From NCBI RefSeq assembly GCF_016432865.1, contig NC_067401.1, positions 444,416,001 through 444,480,000 on the forward strand: a stretch of DNA of 64,000 bases, given 5' to 3'. A model generated the notes under the pieces. That model saw only the letters and a program-made list of their open reading frames with translations. It ran no database searches and had not been told where the DNA came from. Below are positions 1 to 13,264 of this stretch, in pieces; position 1 is the first letter of the stretch; every line of letters starts with the position of its first letter. The stretch comes from Antechinus flavipes. Lineage: Eukaryota. Both the position numbers and the translations under genes were made by a program.

Positions 1-1230
1 ATGACATATCTTTCTAGATCTCACATACTTGACATCCATTCTGGATTGGTCCAGAGTATATAAGTCGTAACGATGATGAAAAAGACAACATTTCAAAAAG
101 ATAATATTGGAAAGAGTTTTTTTTCCTCTTCAGAGTAATAACAGTTGACATTACATAGCACTTTAAAATGTGCAAAGTGCACAAATATCATTATCACCAG
201 TTTATTGGAACTGAACCAACAGAGACAGATAGGTTAAGTAACCTGCCGACGGTCATACAAGTAATAAGTGTCAGTCTTTATTATTCTTAAAAGCCTTCTA
301 TCCTCTATGAAAAATTTTTTAAAAGAACATAAGAAAACCAGTCAGATTAGTGGGGTATATAAAGCAGATTGAAGATTAATTCAATCATCCATTACTAAAT
401 ATTTATTCCAGTGCCCAGTGGCACTAGAGGCTAGTAATACAAAGACAAAATTGAAAAATTCCCTACTTTCAAGGATCTTATGTTCCTTTTGCAGGGACAT
501 GTAAATTTATGAGCATATAAAAAACCACATAAGATTAAATACAAAGTGATGGTAGGAAATGGAGGTCACAATAACTGGAGAAAGTGTGTCATGTAGAAAA
601 TGGTACTTGAGTTAACAACCTTCTCCACAGACTACCAAAAGCGGACAGTGCAGCACAGTAGAAAGAACCCTAGGTTTAAATCAGAGAAACCAAGGCCAAG
701 ACTTGACCTACCAATGTGATCTTGGGGAAAATTGCTTAAATTTTCTGAGTCTCAATTTTTTCAGCTATATAAAAAGGTTTTTTGATTGGATAATACATAA
801 GGTGTCTTCAACCTTTAAACCCATGAACAAACAAGTAGTTGAATATAAATCTTTTAGCTAATAAAGCAAAGGAAAATGTTCCATTTGGACAGGAAGTAGA
901 GTCTATGGTTTTAATTCCCCAATGCAAAGTTACTTCAGATAAATGACAAGTAGAACAGTTATCTGTGTGTTAGGCAAGTGCTGAATAGACTAAGGAGAGA
1001 GGAGCTAAGCAGAGCCCGGCACAATGCCAGAGGGGCTAGGAGATAGAAGGACAGTGTCTGGAATATTTTAGTTCATTTTAATAGGCTACCTTGGCATATT
1101 TTCTAGATATTTGGCAAATTCTGGGAGAAAGTATGGTAACTCAAAATTAAAGTCTCCCTTCAGACTAGCTACCTTCAGTTTCCTCATCTTCAAAATGGTC
1201 ATAATAATACCTCTAAAGTATTATTACAAA

Positions 1231-1477
1231 GTAGGCAGCGAGGTGGTCCAGTGGATAGAGTGCCAGGTCTGAAGTCAAGAAGACTCCTCTTCCTGAGTTC
1301 AAATCTGGCTTCAGAAACTTACTAGTTGAGTGATCCCAGGCAAATTACTTCACCCTGTCTGCCTTAGTTTCCTAATCTATAAAAGAACTTCAGAAGGAAA
1401 TGGCAAACTACTCCAGTATCTCTGTCAATAAAATCCCAAATGGAGTCACAAAGAGTTGGATGGGATTGAACAACAAA
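1231..1477 (+). mobile_element. Mar1-like CORE-SINE
   Basis: tRNA-like head with B box gagttcaaatc, CORE (gcaaattacttcaccctgtctgccttagtttcct) and RTE-like tail (gaaggaaatggcaaactactccagtatc...gaacaacaaa). Confidence 0.85.
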
Positions 1478-1959
1478 TGATTACAGTCACAGATTTTTTG
1501 TGATGACCAAATATCATAGAATATATAAATTATCTGCCAAATCATAAAACATTATATAAATGTCAGCTCTTATGATTTAAAAATTCTAAGAGAAAACTTC
1601 TGTGGAAATGGTCAAGAGAGAAATTATTTCTGATAATCCCTATTCCTTCAGTCTCCAGATATTCAAACTCCAGAAAGAAAAAGAAAACAAGCCAGAAAAA
1701 AAAATATTGAACCAACAAGAGGGAAATCAACTACCATTTAAATGACTCTTCCTGGTATAGCAATGATCCTGCTTTCTAGAAGTATATGATAGTGGACTAT
1801 AAACTTTCCCTTAGAATTGTCTTGCCCCATTAGAATGCAAGTTTCTTGAGGCAGGAACTGTCTTGTTCCTGCTTATATTTGCTCTCCTAGCATTTGGCAC
1901 AGTGCCTGGCACATAGAAAATCCTTAATAAATGCTTGACCTCTTGACACAAGCTCCTAT

Positions 1960-2747
1960 TAACTTAAAAACGTTTCAAAACATCACATTGGCTATGGACT
2001 GTTTCCTCGACCTCTCTGTATCTTCAACCTTATTCTCTTTCAGGATACTTTCTCCTTTATGGGGTTTCATGACATTGCTCTCTATTGATTTTCCATCCAG
2101 TATTCTAAGTCTATTTTGTTAAATTATCATCTGTATCATGCCTCCTAACTAGAGAGGTACCTTCAGGGCTCTGCCCTGGGAGCTCTTCCTCTCTATACTC
2201 TTACCCAAGTAAGCTTCCTTGGGATTAATTATGTATTTGAATACAAAAGACTCCCAGATCTCTATATCAAGTCCTAATTTCTCTTCAAAACTCCCATCCC
2301 ACCTCACCAACTGCCTGGAGGCCATTTCTTATTAGATATCTTATAAATATCTCAACTAGATTCATTATTCATTCTCTCAAAACATATCCCTCTTCCAAAT
2401 TTGCCTATTTCTTCTGAAAGCATTCCCATCTTCCTTCTTCTCTTCCACCTCCCTAGTCACCCACGACGGCAATCTTTAAGTCATCCTCAACTCCTTACTC
2501 TCACTTGCCCCACAAATGCAAGTAGTTGCCCAATCCTGTTGTTTCTCCTTCTTGTGCATCTCTCCCATTCTACCTTTTTTTCTTCCCACTCCAAAGCTAG
2601 TTCGGGCCATCATAACATCTCACTCGGACAAAACATCTTACTTGGACAATAACAAGAGTCTCCGGATCTGTAACTTTGCCTTACTTCTCTCTCAGTTCCA
2701 CTCTTTAAAATTCAGTTGATTTCTCTAAAGCTCACATCTGATCATGT

Positions 2748-2781
<34 letters not shown>

Positions 2782-3230
2782 CAAGGAGGCAGAGAGAGGG
2801 GCAGGGAAGCAGGGAGAGAAGCAGGAAGAGAAGCAAGCAGAGAGAGAGAGGCAGAGGCAGGGAGAGAAAGAGGCAGAGGCAGGGACGGGAGGAGAGGGCA
2901 GAGAGACAGAAGCATTACCTCTGCAATAAATTATAAAATCATCTAATTAACATTTAAAACTCTTCACAACATGGTCCCATTCTCCATTTCCAGCCTTATT
3001 GCACATTACTCTCCCCCACACACCCTATGGCCCAGCCAAACCCTCCTTTGGTCATTTCTCACATACAAAACTATATCAACAATCTCTCTGTGCCTTTATC
3101 CTTCTGGAATCATCTACCAGAGCATCATATTCCAAGCTCTCTGATCCCTTGATGTAGAAGCTCCTAAATCCTGTAATCCTCTTCATCTCTTCCTCTTGGA
3201 GCCTCTGGTTCTCTTCTAAACAGCTCAGCA
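1960..3230 (+). mobile_element. Degraded L2 LINE (ORF2 3' part), interrupted by simple repeats
   Basis: Pyrimidine-rich L2-type motifs (catgacattgctctc, ctcaactccttactctcact, cccattctccatttccagccttatt). A separate L2 tail lies at about 1828-1940. Confidence 0.65.
2749..2915. repeat. (CA)n microsatellite plus GA-rich compound repeat
   Basis: Seen directly in the sequence. Confidence 0.95.
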
Positions 3231-3899
3231 ATCAACTTTGAAAGTCTTGGGAACTTTGATCTGCACAGTGACCAAACACAATTTGACTGAGTAAAAGAAA
3301 TAATAGACTCACAGTGCAAATTGAAACTTTGGGGATCATAGAGGAGAAAGGGGAATCATCAATGCAAGAATTTTTGGATCTAAATATACATGTTTGGCGC
3401 AGGAAATGTTGTTTTTCTTACTTTTTAAAAATGAGATGAGAGGGAGAAAGACAGAGAAGGCAGATCCTCATTGAAAAAAAAAGGATAAAAAGACTCAGTT
3501 CACATTCTTCCCACCTCCCAGCTGTTAATGCTTTCTTTTCTATGATTACTATCTTTTTGTTCATAAGCACTGTCTATAACTTGTATGTAAAAATTATCAC
3601 TCTATTAGAATATAAGTTTCTTGAGGACAAGGATTCTTTCTCTTTCTTTCTTTCTTTCTTTTTTGTATTCTCAAGTATCTAGACCAGTACCCAGCACATT
3701 AGGTATCAGTAAGATATTTAATCAGTAGTTGCTGGATTGATTTTATTTATTTTTTTTTTGAGGACCAATTTAGTGCAAATTGGCTACAGCGATATATCTC
3801 CTCACAATAACAGCTCTTGAAGACTGTCTTCCAAGGGATTCAGTCTGTATCTGCAGAGGGAGTACGCTTGTCCAAAAGGATGTTGACAAATCTGAGTCC

Positions 3900-4440
3900 T
3901 TGAAGTTGTGGGGAAAAAAAGAAAACTAAAGGTAGAGAGTAGGAAAGAAGTGTATGTTGACTCAAGATTAGAGATGACTTGGAAAATGCTGAGGGACAAA
4001 TTATAATAGATACTAGATATCCTGAAATAAATGAGGAGAGACATGAACTCCTCTAAAAATACACAAGAGGAGATAAAAGAACTTACAAGTCCAGCAAATA
4101 ACATAGAATAATTACAAACACCATTAGGGGTAGTGCAAAGTCGAACAAAAGAAGAAGAGACAGTGGAAACAAATTGGGAAGACTATCAATCATACAATTT
4201 AATGGGACTAACTGACAAATGATTGTGGAGCAAGAGAAAAAGCAATTGACTGAAAATAAATCCGCAAGATCAAAGCTCAAAATAATAGAGATCTCAGTTG
4301 AGACAGAGAAGAAAATAAATAAATGAATAAAATCCAGATGTAAAACTTAAAGAAATAATTGGGAACAACCCTGGGGAGTTATGAAGTATAAACAATAGTC
4401 AGAAAAATGCTGGCTCTCCAGTCACTTTAAGGAAAAATTA
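3900..4440 (+). mobile_element. Degenerate L1 ORF1p-like remnant (coiled coil and RRM start), possibly HAL1-like
   Basis: Frameshifted ENKSARSKLKIIEISVETEKK / LKEIIGNNPGEL...SP resembles the ENRSRRxNLRIIG...EIIxENxP motif of L1 ORF1p. No ORF2 follows. Confidence 0.5.
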
Positions 4441-5744
4441 AGGTTATAAACCCCAAAGATACACATCAGAGGAGCTTGGCTTAGTGGATAGTGTTAAATT
4501 TACTTATAATGTGGAGATCTCTGATTACCAGCTGGGACACCTAAAACATCTCAGAGCCTCAGTTTCCCACATCCAAAAATAATTGCATTATCTTCTATCT
4601 AGGGTTGTTGTGAAGAAAGTGTTTGAAAAGTTTTAGGGTACCATACAAATATGATTTATTATGATCATGGTTAAACTCCAACCACTTACTTACAATATGA
4701 TCCTTCAAATACTGAAAAAAGCAAAAGCCATATCAAATGAATCAGATTAGATTTGTCATATTAATGTACCCTAGAGAAACAATAAAGTAATTCCAATAAT
4801 AAAGTTAGAAAGTAACAAAGTAATAATAATAGTACAAAACATAAAAGGCTAAATAGATATAGGAGTATGGATTTTAAAGCTGGGAAAAAAACCTTAGAGA
4901 TCATTTAATTCAACCCCTTCATTTTACAGATAAGGAAAATGAGGCAAGAGACATTAAATTGCTTGCTAAAAATCATATAAATATAAATAATCAACAGTTA
5001 GGATTTGCATTCAGTTCTTCTGACTTCAAAGGCAATGGTCTTTCCACTGCACTGCATTTCCTTTCATGGCATTAAATACAAGAATCAGCTTTCCAGACAA
5101 TCTTTTGGAGGATGGAAGAAAACATTTATTCAACAATCAATAGGCTTTCAAACAATTAACCAAAGCAAACACCTAAAAAAAAAAAAATCCTTACTGTTAG
5201 AATTTGAGTACCACCTCATCATTTAGCTGTCTAGATCTTAAGATATTCACTGTGGACAAAAGATTTCCACAGTTCATTTAATCAGCAAACAACTTTCAAA
5301 AAAAAATTACTCAAATAAGGAAACCAGATCTACTGTGGAGTGGCAAGGCAATTGTCCCAAGGAATGTATCAGCCCTCTATTCCCTGGGGAGACTCATAAG
5401 ATCAAAAGTTGGAAAGGACCTTAAGACCAGCAAATCCAAGCACCCCTTATTTAAAAGATTGGGGAAACTGTGTCACAGGGTTTAAACAAGTTGTCACAGA
5501 TCAGACAGATAGTAAGCACAGAGGAAGGCTTTGAAATCAGGATTTCTAATTCCAGAGTCAATTTTTCTTTCCACTGTCTCACACTGCCTATCTACTAGTG
5601 TTTGATACTTCTATCCCATTCTATTGAGATTGTAGCACTAGCTGTCTTTGAAGGGGAGACAGAGTAACAGAGTTAGAGACACACACACAGAGAACAAAGA
5701 CTTTTTTTTTGTTGCAGTGCAATACAGCTTTCTTATATTGTGTA

Positions 5745-5830
5745 TCTCTCTCTCTCTCTGTATATCTATATGTATATGTATATGTATGTATGTATATATA
5801 TCCACTTGTGTATTTATGTATATATTTGTA
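5745..5830. repeat. (TC)n/(TA)n/(TATG)n compound microsatellite
   Basis: Seen directly in the sequence. Confidence 0.9.
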
Positions 5831-6394
5831 TGCCCTTGTTTCATATATGTCTCTTGGGAAATCCTTTGTTCTTGAGATATACTAGGAGCTGCCTAGTTCT
5901 TAAGGCAAAGAAACGTCTCAGATTTGGATAGTAATGACTCTATGCCATAAGGTCAGCACGTTTTAGCTTCAAGGATGACATCTCAGCCATTTACTGTTCT
6001 CTTGGGAATGACTCTATCAAGAGACCCTGGCAATCAATATCTCCTATTTTTTTGCTTTTACTCTGTCTTGTATGGCTGGCATTCACTCCCACTTTATTTC
6101 TACCACTTAAACCACTTAAAATTCTTGATTTCTTCAAATGTCCATTTCAGCACCCCCTTCCACAAGAAGCCTTTTCTGTTGCATCCTAATATTTCCCCAA
6201 CATTTGTATTTAGTTTGTATATATTCTCCTCTTATTATCACAAGAGTAATATGTTATAGTACATATTATCTCTTCTGATGAAATGTAAGTTTCTTTAGGA
6301 TAGAGGTCATTTCATTTTTGAAAATCTCCAGTCACCTCTGTCAAGAGACCCTGACAATCACTTAGCAATCACAAACAAATATGAAAAAAGTATA

Positions 6395-6680
6395 TACAAA
6401 AGAAAGAAACCTGAAATGACACTATTTATGGATGACAAGTTAGTATCCTGAGAAAATACAATGGGGTAAATCAAAATAAAAAAAATCCAAAGGACTAAAT
6501 AAAAAATCAATAAATGATTCAGCAAAAGAATAGTATTCTGATTTGTACCCACAAAAATCACTTGAATAGTCATATACTAGTAAACACCAAACAGAATGAA
6601 TGAAAAAGAGAAATCCCATTTACAATAACAACAATCAGAAATGCCAAAGTACATAGAAGATCTTTATGAAGAGAAACCCA
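6395..6680 (+). mobile_element. L1 ORF2 reverse-transcriptase fragment
   Basis: acactatttatggatgacaagttagtatcctgagaaaat is a decayed LFADDMxVYLEN. Followed by cacaaaaatca...gagaaatcccatttacaata (HKS...REIPF). Confidence 0.7.
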
Positions 6681-6789
6681 GGTTCAGAACTTCAGTTTCA
6701 GAACTCATCTTCAATGCTTTCATCTCCCTCAATCTTCATAGCATTTTGCAGATTTTGTCCATTCTATTTCTACAGTATTTATATAGGGG

Positions 6790-7290
6790 AAAGGACACAA
6801 GCTCAGGAGACAGAGACCTGTGTTCAAATCTCAGAATCTGAATATCTTTGGGTGAGTCACAAACTCTCTGGATCTCAGATTTCTCATCTGTAAAATGTGG
6901 GGGATGGACTAAATTCTGAGATCCCTTATAGTTCTAGAACTAGTGGATGGAGTATAGATCTGGATTCTGAGTTCAAATGTTGCTTAAGACACCTACTAGC
7001 TGTATCACTTAACACTTTTTGTCTCAGTTCTTGATTTGTAAAATGGAGAATATAATAGCACCTATGTATACAGATATAGCTGGGTGATTTAGTGGATGGA
7101 ATATTGGGACTGGAATCAAGAAGACCTGAGTTTGACTTCAGGATTTAACTTCCATTTGCCTCACTTTTCTCATCTGTAAAATGGGGATTACAATAGCACT
7201 TACTTTCCAGGGTTATTGTGAGGACCAAAGGAGATAATAATTGTAAAGCAACTAGCATAATACTTGGTCCATAGTAAGAATTATATAAAT
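6790..7290 (+). mobile_element. Cluster of about 3 MIR-type SINEs
   Basis: Repeated CORE motif tcagtttc(c)tcatctgtaaaatgggg and B boxes (gttcaaat). Confidence 0.8.
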
Positions 7291-8169
7291 AATCTTAGCT
7301 CTTACTCTTGCAATCAAGTACCTATTCTCCTCTCACAACTTTTACCATCATTCAGGCTCATAATCCTAGAACTATAAGGCATCTTTGAGATCATCTAGGT
7401 CCCTCATTACCTGAACTGAAGAAATGGGTTTCCTAAGTAGTCTTCCCACTCTCAACCTCTTCTCTTTCCAGAATATCTTTCACACAGCTACCAAATTGAT
7501 ATTCCTAGAACAGATCTGCCTCCTGTCCTAAATAAGGATCTTCTTGGTCTTCCCATTGATACTAGGATAAATTACCTTAAGAGTGATGGAATCCAACCTA
7601 TCTATTTTACAAATAAGAGAGCCGAGTCCCCTAAAAGTAACTTGCCTTGTTCAAGGCACTCCAGTAGTAAGGATTTTGATCTTAATAAGTGCTATTGACT
7701 GACTCATTTATTGACACTCATTGCAGAGACAGCTCCCTTAATCTGTTTAATCAAATGCCAATTAACTCACAAGGATATGAGAAATGGATCACTAAGCCAA
7801 TGTAGGAAGTGAAAGCAGGCAAAAATACCAATAGATAAGGAAAAGGTGGATTGAAAAAGCAGTCTTGTTCCATTGGCCAATACATTTATTTTCACCAAAG
7901 TCCATCATAAATATCAGTCTTCTACTGTACTTATAATGTTCCAATGTTTGATCTGCTAAGAGACAGACTCACCTCCAGGTGATTGCCAGATTTGGTGATT
8001 TTTTTCGTCAGCCCTCATCATGGTGCCCTTTGGACACAAGAGGAGACTACCTTTTACTAGCTGCTCCCTCATCACCAAGGATCCTTTTGGTTTTTCTATT
8101 TGTCTGACATCTCAATAGCCTTTGCTGGATTATTATTTAAATCATTCTATTGAGCTGCAGTTATACCTT

Positions 8170-9445
8170 AAGATCATTTCAAATCCCTTTCTCTTTTCAT
8201 GCTCTCACTTGGTGACCTCATTAGCTCCCATGAGTTTTATTATCATTACCCAGCTTCACAGAGTTAGAAGGATCTGAGCTCAGATTCAACCTCAGATACT
8301 TACTAGTTATATAACCCTGGGCAAATCATTTAATCAGGTTCACCTTAATTTCCTTAGCTGTTAAAATGAGCTGAATGGAAATGGAAATGGCAAACTACTT
8401 CAGTACTTTTTCAAGAAAACCACAAAAATAGTCATGAGGAGTCAGATATGACTGAAAGTGACCCAGCGATAACAAAATGCTTATTATTCTATTTATCTGG
8501 CTCTATATTCTTCTCTTGCCTCCAGTCCCATATTGCCTTTCAATCATTTCAAACTAGTTGTCTCATCAACTTCTCTAATTCAACGTGTCCCAAACTGAAC
8601 TTCTCATTTTTTCTTCCAAGCCCTCATCTTCTAAATTTCTCATTTTGATACAGCATCATCATTCTTCCAATTTCTCAAGTTTGTCTCCTTATTGTTATTT
8701 TAACCCCTCTATATCTCTCATCCAATTAGTTGTCAATTTTTTTTTCATTTTTAACTCCATAATGTCTTTTGCATCAATCCACTTACTTTACTCACATGGC
8801 CATTATTTTGGTTCATTAATGACTAATGAACTAGTTTGCTCCCAACTTTATTTCTCCCCTTCAAACTATACTCTAGACAGCTGCCATAGTGATTTTTCCA
8901 AAAGTATAGGTCTGATTTTGCCATTCCTTTAATCACAAAACTGCAGTGGCTCCTATTGCCTTTGGGGGAAAATGTAAACTCTTATTTGGCTTTTAATGTC
9001 CAATCTATCTTTATATTCTTATTATTCTTTACCTCCCCTTCTCATATTTATGATCCAATAAAACTGGCTTTCTCACCATTTCCCACATATAACACACATC
9101 TCCCATCTTTTTGCTTTTGTTCTCTCCCCATATACTCAACATTCATTTTCACCTTACTTCCACCTCTTAAAATCCTTTCTTTCTTCAAATTTTAGTTTCA
9201 GCACCACTTTCTACATGAAGCCTTTCCTGATAATTTCTAATACTCTCCCCAACATTATTTTGCATTTAGTTTGTCTATTCTGTATAGACTTATTATCACA
9301 TGGAGTAATACATTATAGTATATATATCCCTTTTGGTGGAATGTAAGCTCCTTTATGGCAGAGATCATTTCATTTTTGTCAGTATCTCCAATGCCTAGCA
9401 CAGAGTCTGGCATATGGGAAGTGCTTAATAAAAGCTTATTAATTG
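8170..9445 (+). mobile_element. L2 3' region with a nested Mar1-like SINE (about 8255-8475)
   Basis: L2 body motifs and terminal gtgcttaataaaagcttatt. The SINE interrupts the L2 after ttttattatcatt. Confidence 0.75.
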
Positions 9446-10984
9446 ATAAATTGTTCAGGTCTCGAGTGATTGTCAGGGGTATCTTAATAAGGATCTTCCA
9501 TAGGAGTGATAACTATGTCCACAAATGGATAAATTGCAATGCTGCAAAGGGTCAGCCAGGTGTTACTACTGGCCAGAAAGATGATAACTTGATGATATTT
9601 GGGGAAAATCACTCAAACAGAGGTCTTGATACATACAATTCTGGATCTGACAATCTGACCAATTCAAAGTTGATTATATCTCCAGAGACATCATTTGAAA
9701 TCCAGAGTACCCACAAAGAAATTCTGACTAAGAACCACTGGATAGACTGATTTTCTTGAAATCAAAAGGGGACCCACCTTATACCTAAGTAATCAGCTGA
9801 ATCTTGCACTGGTGGAGCTTTTAGTTGATAGAAGTGAGATATAGAGGAGGAGAGGGGGAGGACAGGAGACAGTACAGTATAAGGGGCAGAGCAGGGGACA
9901 GACAGGGAGACAGAGACAGAAAGATGGAGAGAGAGACAAACACAGAGACAGAAGGGACTTTTCAAAGTCATGAGAGGTCAACTGCATTTCAATGTGATGT
10001 GAGCACTATTTTTTTGAGCTTGTAATAAATGATTTGGGGATTTGAAGCTCAGACAGTTCATTGCTTCCAATATCAGAATCTAAATAAGATTTAATGAACC
10101 AAGACTTGCCCTACTAGATTCAAAAACATATAAAATGACAGCCATCACACTATCTGACATTTGGCAGGAGAGTAAAAGAAAGACAGACAGAGTGACATGC
10201 AGAAAGAGACAGACACTGAGAGACAAATTCAGAAGCAGAGACACACAGAAAAATCAACAGTTCCGATAGCCCAAAAATACAATCAAATGTCCAAAATATG
10301 ATCTTTCAAAAAAAATTTTGATTCTAAACACGAGAAAGGAATTTTTTTCTGAGAGAAGTCTATTTTTCCATGACTATAGAGAAGATACCCCACACAAACA
10401 ATGCTTCTTCCAGAAAAGGAAAAATTAAAAATGTTAGCAAGACTTGGAATTTGGGGATGATACACGGAGACCACCTCCCAGGGAGCTCTTTGTAGCTATT
10501 GTTTTTCAAGGTGTTGACTAGACACTAATTGCTGATTTGTTGCCAAAGCAGATAAAGAAAAACATCCTATAAAAGTGGTTGTTCAGTATTAACAAATCCA
10601 GTGAACAAGTATGGCAATTTGACATGACTGGGAAGAGTTGGGGAAAGCAACAAAGAACCCAAGAATTTTATTCTCAGTAAATGTGTATTAGAGGAGAAAT
10701 CCCAGTAGCTTTCAGGAATTGTTCTAATGTTTGTATTTCTTCTAAGGGTAACCATCAACTTTTTGTATTTTAGTGGCCTCTGAATAGAGTGCTGGACTTG
10801 CTGTCAAAAAGACCCAAGTTCAAATTTCTAAATAAATTCTAAACAAAACACTCAATCTGTGTTTGCTTCAGTTTCTTTATCTGTAAAAATGGGGATAAGA
10901 GTACCTACATCACAGGGATATTGTGAGGAATAAAATGAAATAATATATGCAAAATACTTGTAAACCAAAAAATACTGTATTGAT

Positions 10985-11335
10985 GCAAGCTATTCAGCAT
11001 TAATAATCCAAGACAACATTGAGGACTTATGATAAAAAGTACTATCCATAACCAGAGAAAGAACTGATGATAATGGAATACAGATTGAAAGGTATTTTTA
11101 AAAAATTTTTTTTATTTTCTTGAGAGCTTTTTTGGGGAAAAGGGAGGGGGTCTGTTTTCTTTCACAACATAATTATTATGGAAATGTTTTGCATGACTAC
11201 ACATGTATAATCCATATCAAATTGCTTGCATTCTCAGTGGAGATGGGGTAGCGAGGGAAGAGAGGAGAAAATTTAAAAACAAATGTTAAAAACTTTTTTT
11301 ACATATAACTGGGGAAGGGGATAAAATACTAAAAT
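10985..11335 (+). mobile_element. Old marsupial L1 3' UTR
   Basis: ccagagaaagaactgatg...atggaaatgttttgcatgactacacatgtataa...aaatgttaaaaac are typical marsupial L1 3' end motifs. Confidence 0.75.
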
Positions 11336-12014
11336 AAACAGTAGCTAGTTAGAGGTGAATTGAACTCCATGTCAGAGGAGATAACCTGGAGGAATAATGC
11401 TCTACTTTCTTGCTTATCCTGGAGGATAAGATGTTCCTAAAAAGAATGTTCCAACAAGAAAGGGAAAAAAGACTTTTGAAATGGAGGGGGTACCAGCCAA
11501 TAACAAGAGTTTGGGAGAATGTGACACAGAATTTGAGAGGGAGAGGAGGAGAAAAAGGAGAGAGGAAAAACACTGAATCACTAGAGCTTTTTATTAACCA
11601 CTAGATAGAACTTTATGAGACTATTTGACGCAAATCTCTCAATTCAAAAATGAGTATGTTGAATTGTCTTGTTGAAGTTAATACAAATAATATATGGAAG
11701 AGCGAAGATTCAAATCTAGATCTTTGTACTCCAAATGGAGAATTATGACATACATGTGCTAAAATTCCTTTACTACCTTTTACCCTGCTAGCTATAGGCC
11801 ATCTCAACCATAGTCCTCCCAGACAAAGAGGGCCAGTTTGACCAAAACTGTACAATAGACTGTATATAGTCATAGGCATGAATAAGACATGTGCCAGGTG
11901 AACTGGTGAAGCACTGACCCTTACCCAGATAAGGACAAAACGCAGGACAGAACCCCTCGAGTCTTGTCAGATAAGATAACCAATGTTCACTTTTTATGAT
12001 GATGTGAGAATAAA

Positions 12015-12330
12015 TACTACTGCTCAAAGAAACTTCTAGGGAACCAATGATAATGCATACTACTTATCTCTTGACAGAGAGATAATGGGCTCAAGATGCA
12101 AAATAAGGGTTTTATTTCAGATACAGACAATGTGGAAATTTTGTTTTGCTTAACTATGTGTGTGTTACAAAGGTTATTTTTTATTCTTATTGGTGGGAAT
12201 GGAGTGCTGTAGAAAGGGAGGCAGGAGGAAAAAAAGATAATCTAATGATAGAGGTTTCCAAAAAGAGAAAAAGAAACAAAATGAAAATAAAGGAGAGAAT
12301 CACTAAAGCATTTTTTAATAACGTAAAAGA
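12015..12330 (+). mobile_element. Old L1 3' UTR
   Basis: ttgacagagagataatgg...caatgtggaaattttgttttgcttaactatg motifs. Confidence 0.6.
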
Positions 12331-13264
12331 TCACAGAAGACCAGAAGGAATCACAGACAACCAGGAAAGCTTTGAAAGTTATATATTGAACTTATTATAT
12401 ATTAAAAAAGAAAATAATATAACAAGGATTCAGAATTTCCTATTCAATACTCTTTTTCACATATACATACATACATATGTGTATATGCTCATTTTATTTG
12501 TTGTTTATTAAGTTCAGAAAAAAATAAAGCAAAACTTCTAAGCATTAAATCCAGAGCAGGACACCAAGGGCCTTGAAGCCACAGATGGTATTTTCATTAC
12601 TACTAATGACTGAAGGTCATACATATTTTAAAAGAAAAAAGAGGTGATGAGATATGAACAGCTGGCTAAAAAATGGTTTTGGGAAATGAAATTTGGCTTT
12701 CTGGACCATTCTAATTAAGATACAGGAATTATGGGTTTGGACCAGGGACTCAGTGCATGTAATGGGAGCTAACAAGAATGGATTTGTCTGAAGACTCACT
12801 GGTTTTAACCAACAGACTTTTTAAAAAAGAAATTCAGGAGGGGAATGGAAAGGGAGGAGAACTTTACACAAACACCAAGCCAAACCAGACATTCATGAGA
12901 TGATAGCCCTGCCTTCTAGACTCCTTTGAAGGAGTTCTCTGGATGGCTTCCTGCTGGCTCCAGTAGCAATCCTCTTGAAGAAAGATGTCCAAGTAGCTGG
13001 AGTAAGGAGTATAGGATGCCTGAGTAGCCCTAAGACTTGATGGTGTATGAGGAATACTGAATAATATTATAGAGCAAAGTTATACATACATACATACATA
13101 TATATATAACAAAATGCTAATACATATACACACATATATACATATATTAGCATTTTAAAATAAGGATTTGCAAGAAGAGTAAACATTCTTACTGAATTCA
13201 CTAGTGACCTTTTTATTCTTTGTACAGACACTCTTTTAAGTCTCTCTGCCATTCCTTTGACCAG

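Noticed and set aside
9355-9750. 131-aa plus-strand ORF
   Set aside because: The first third is L2 tail, and the remainder matches no family I recognise and has no downstream donor.
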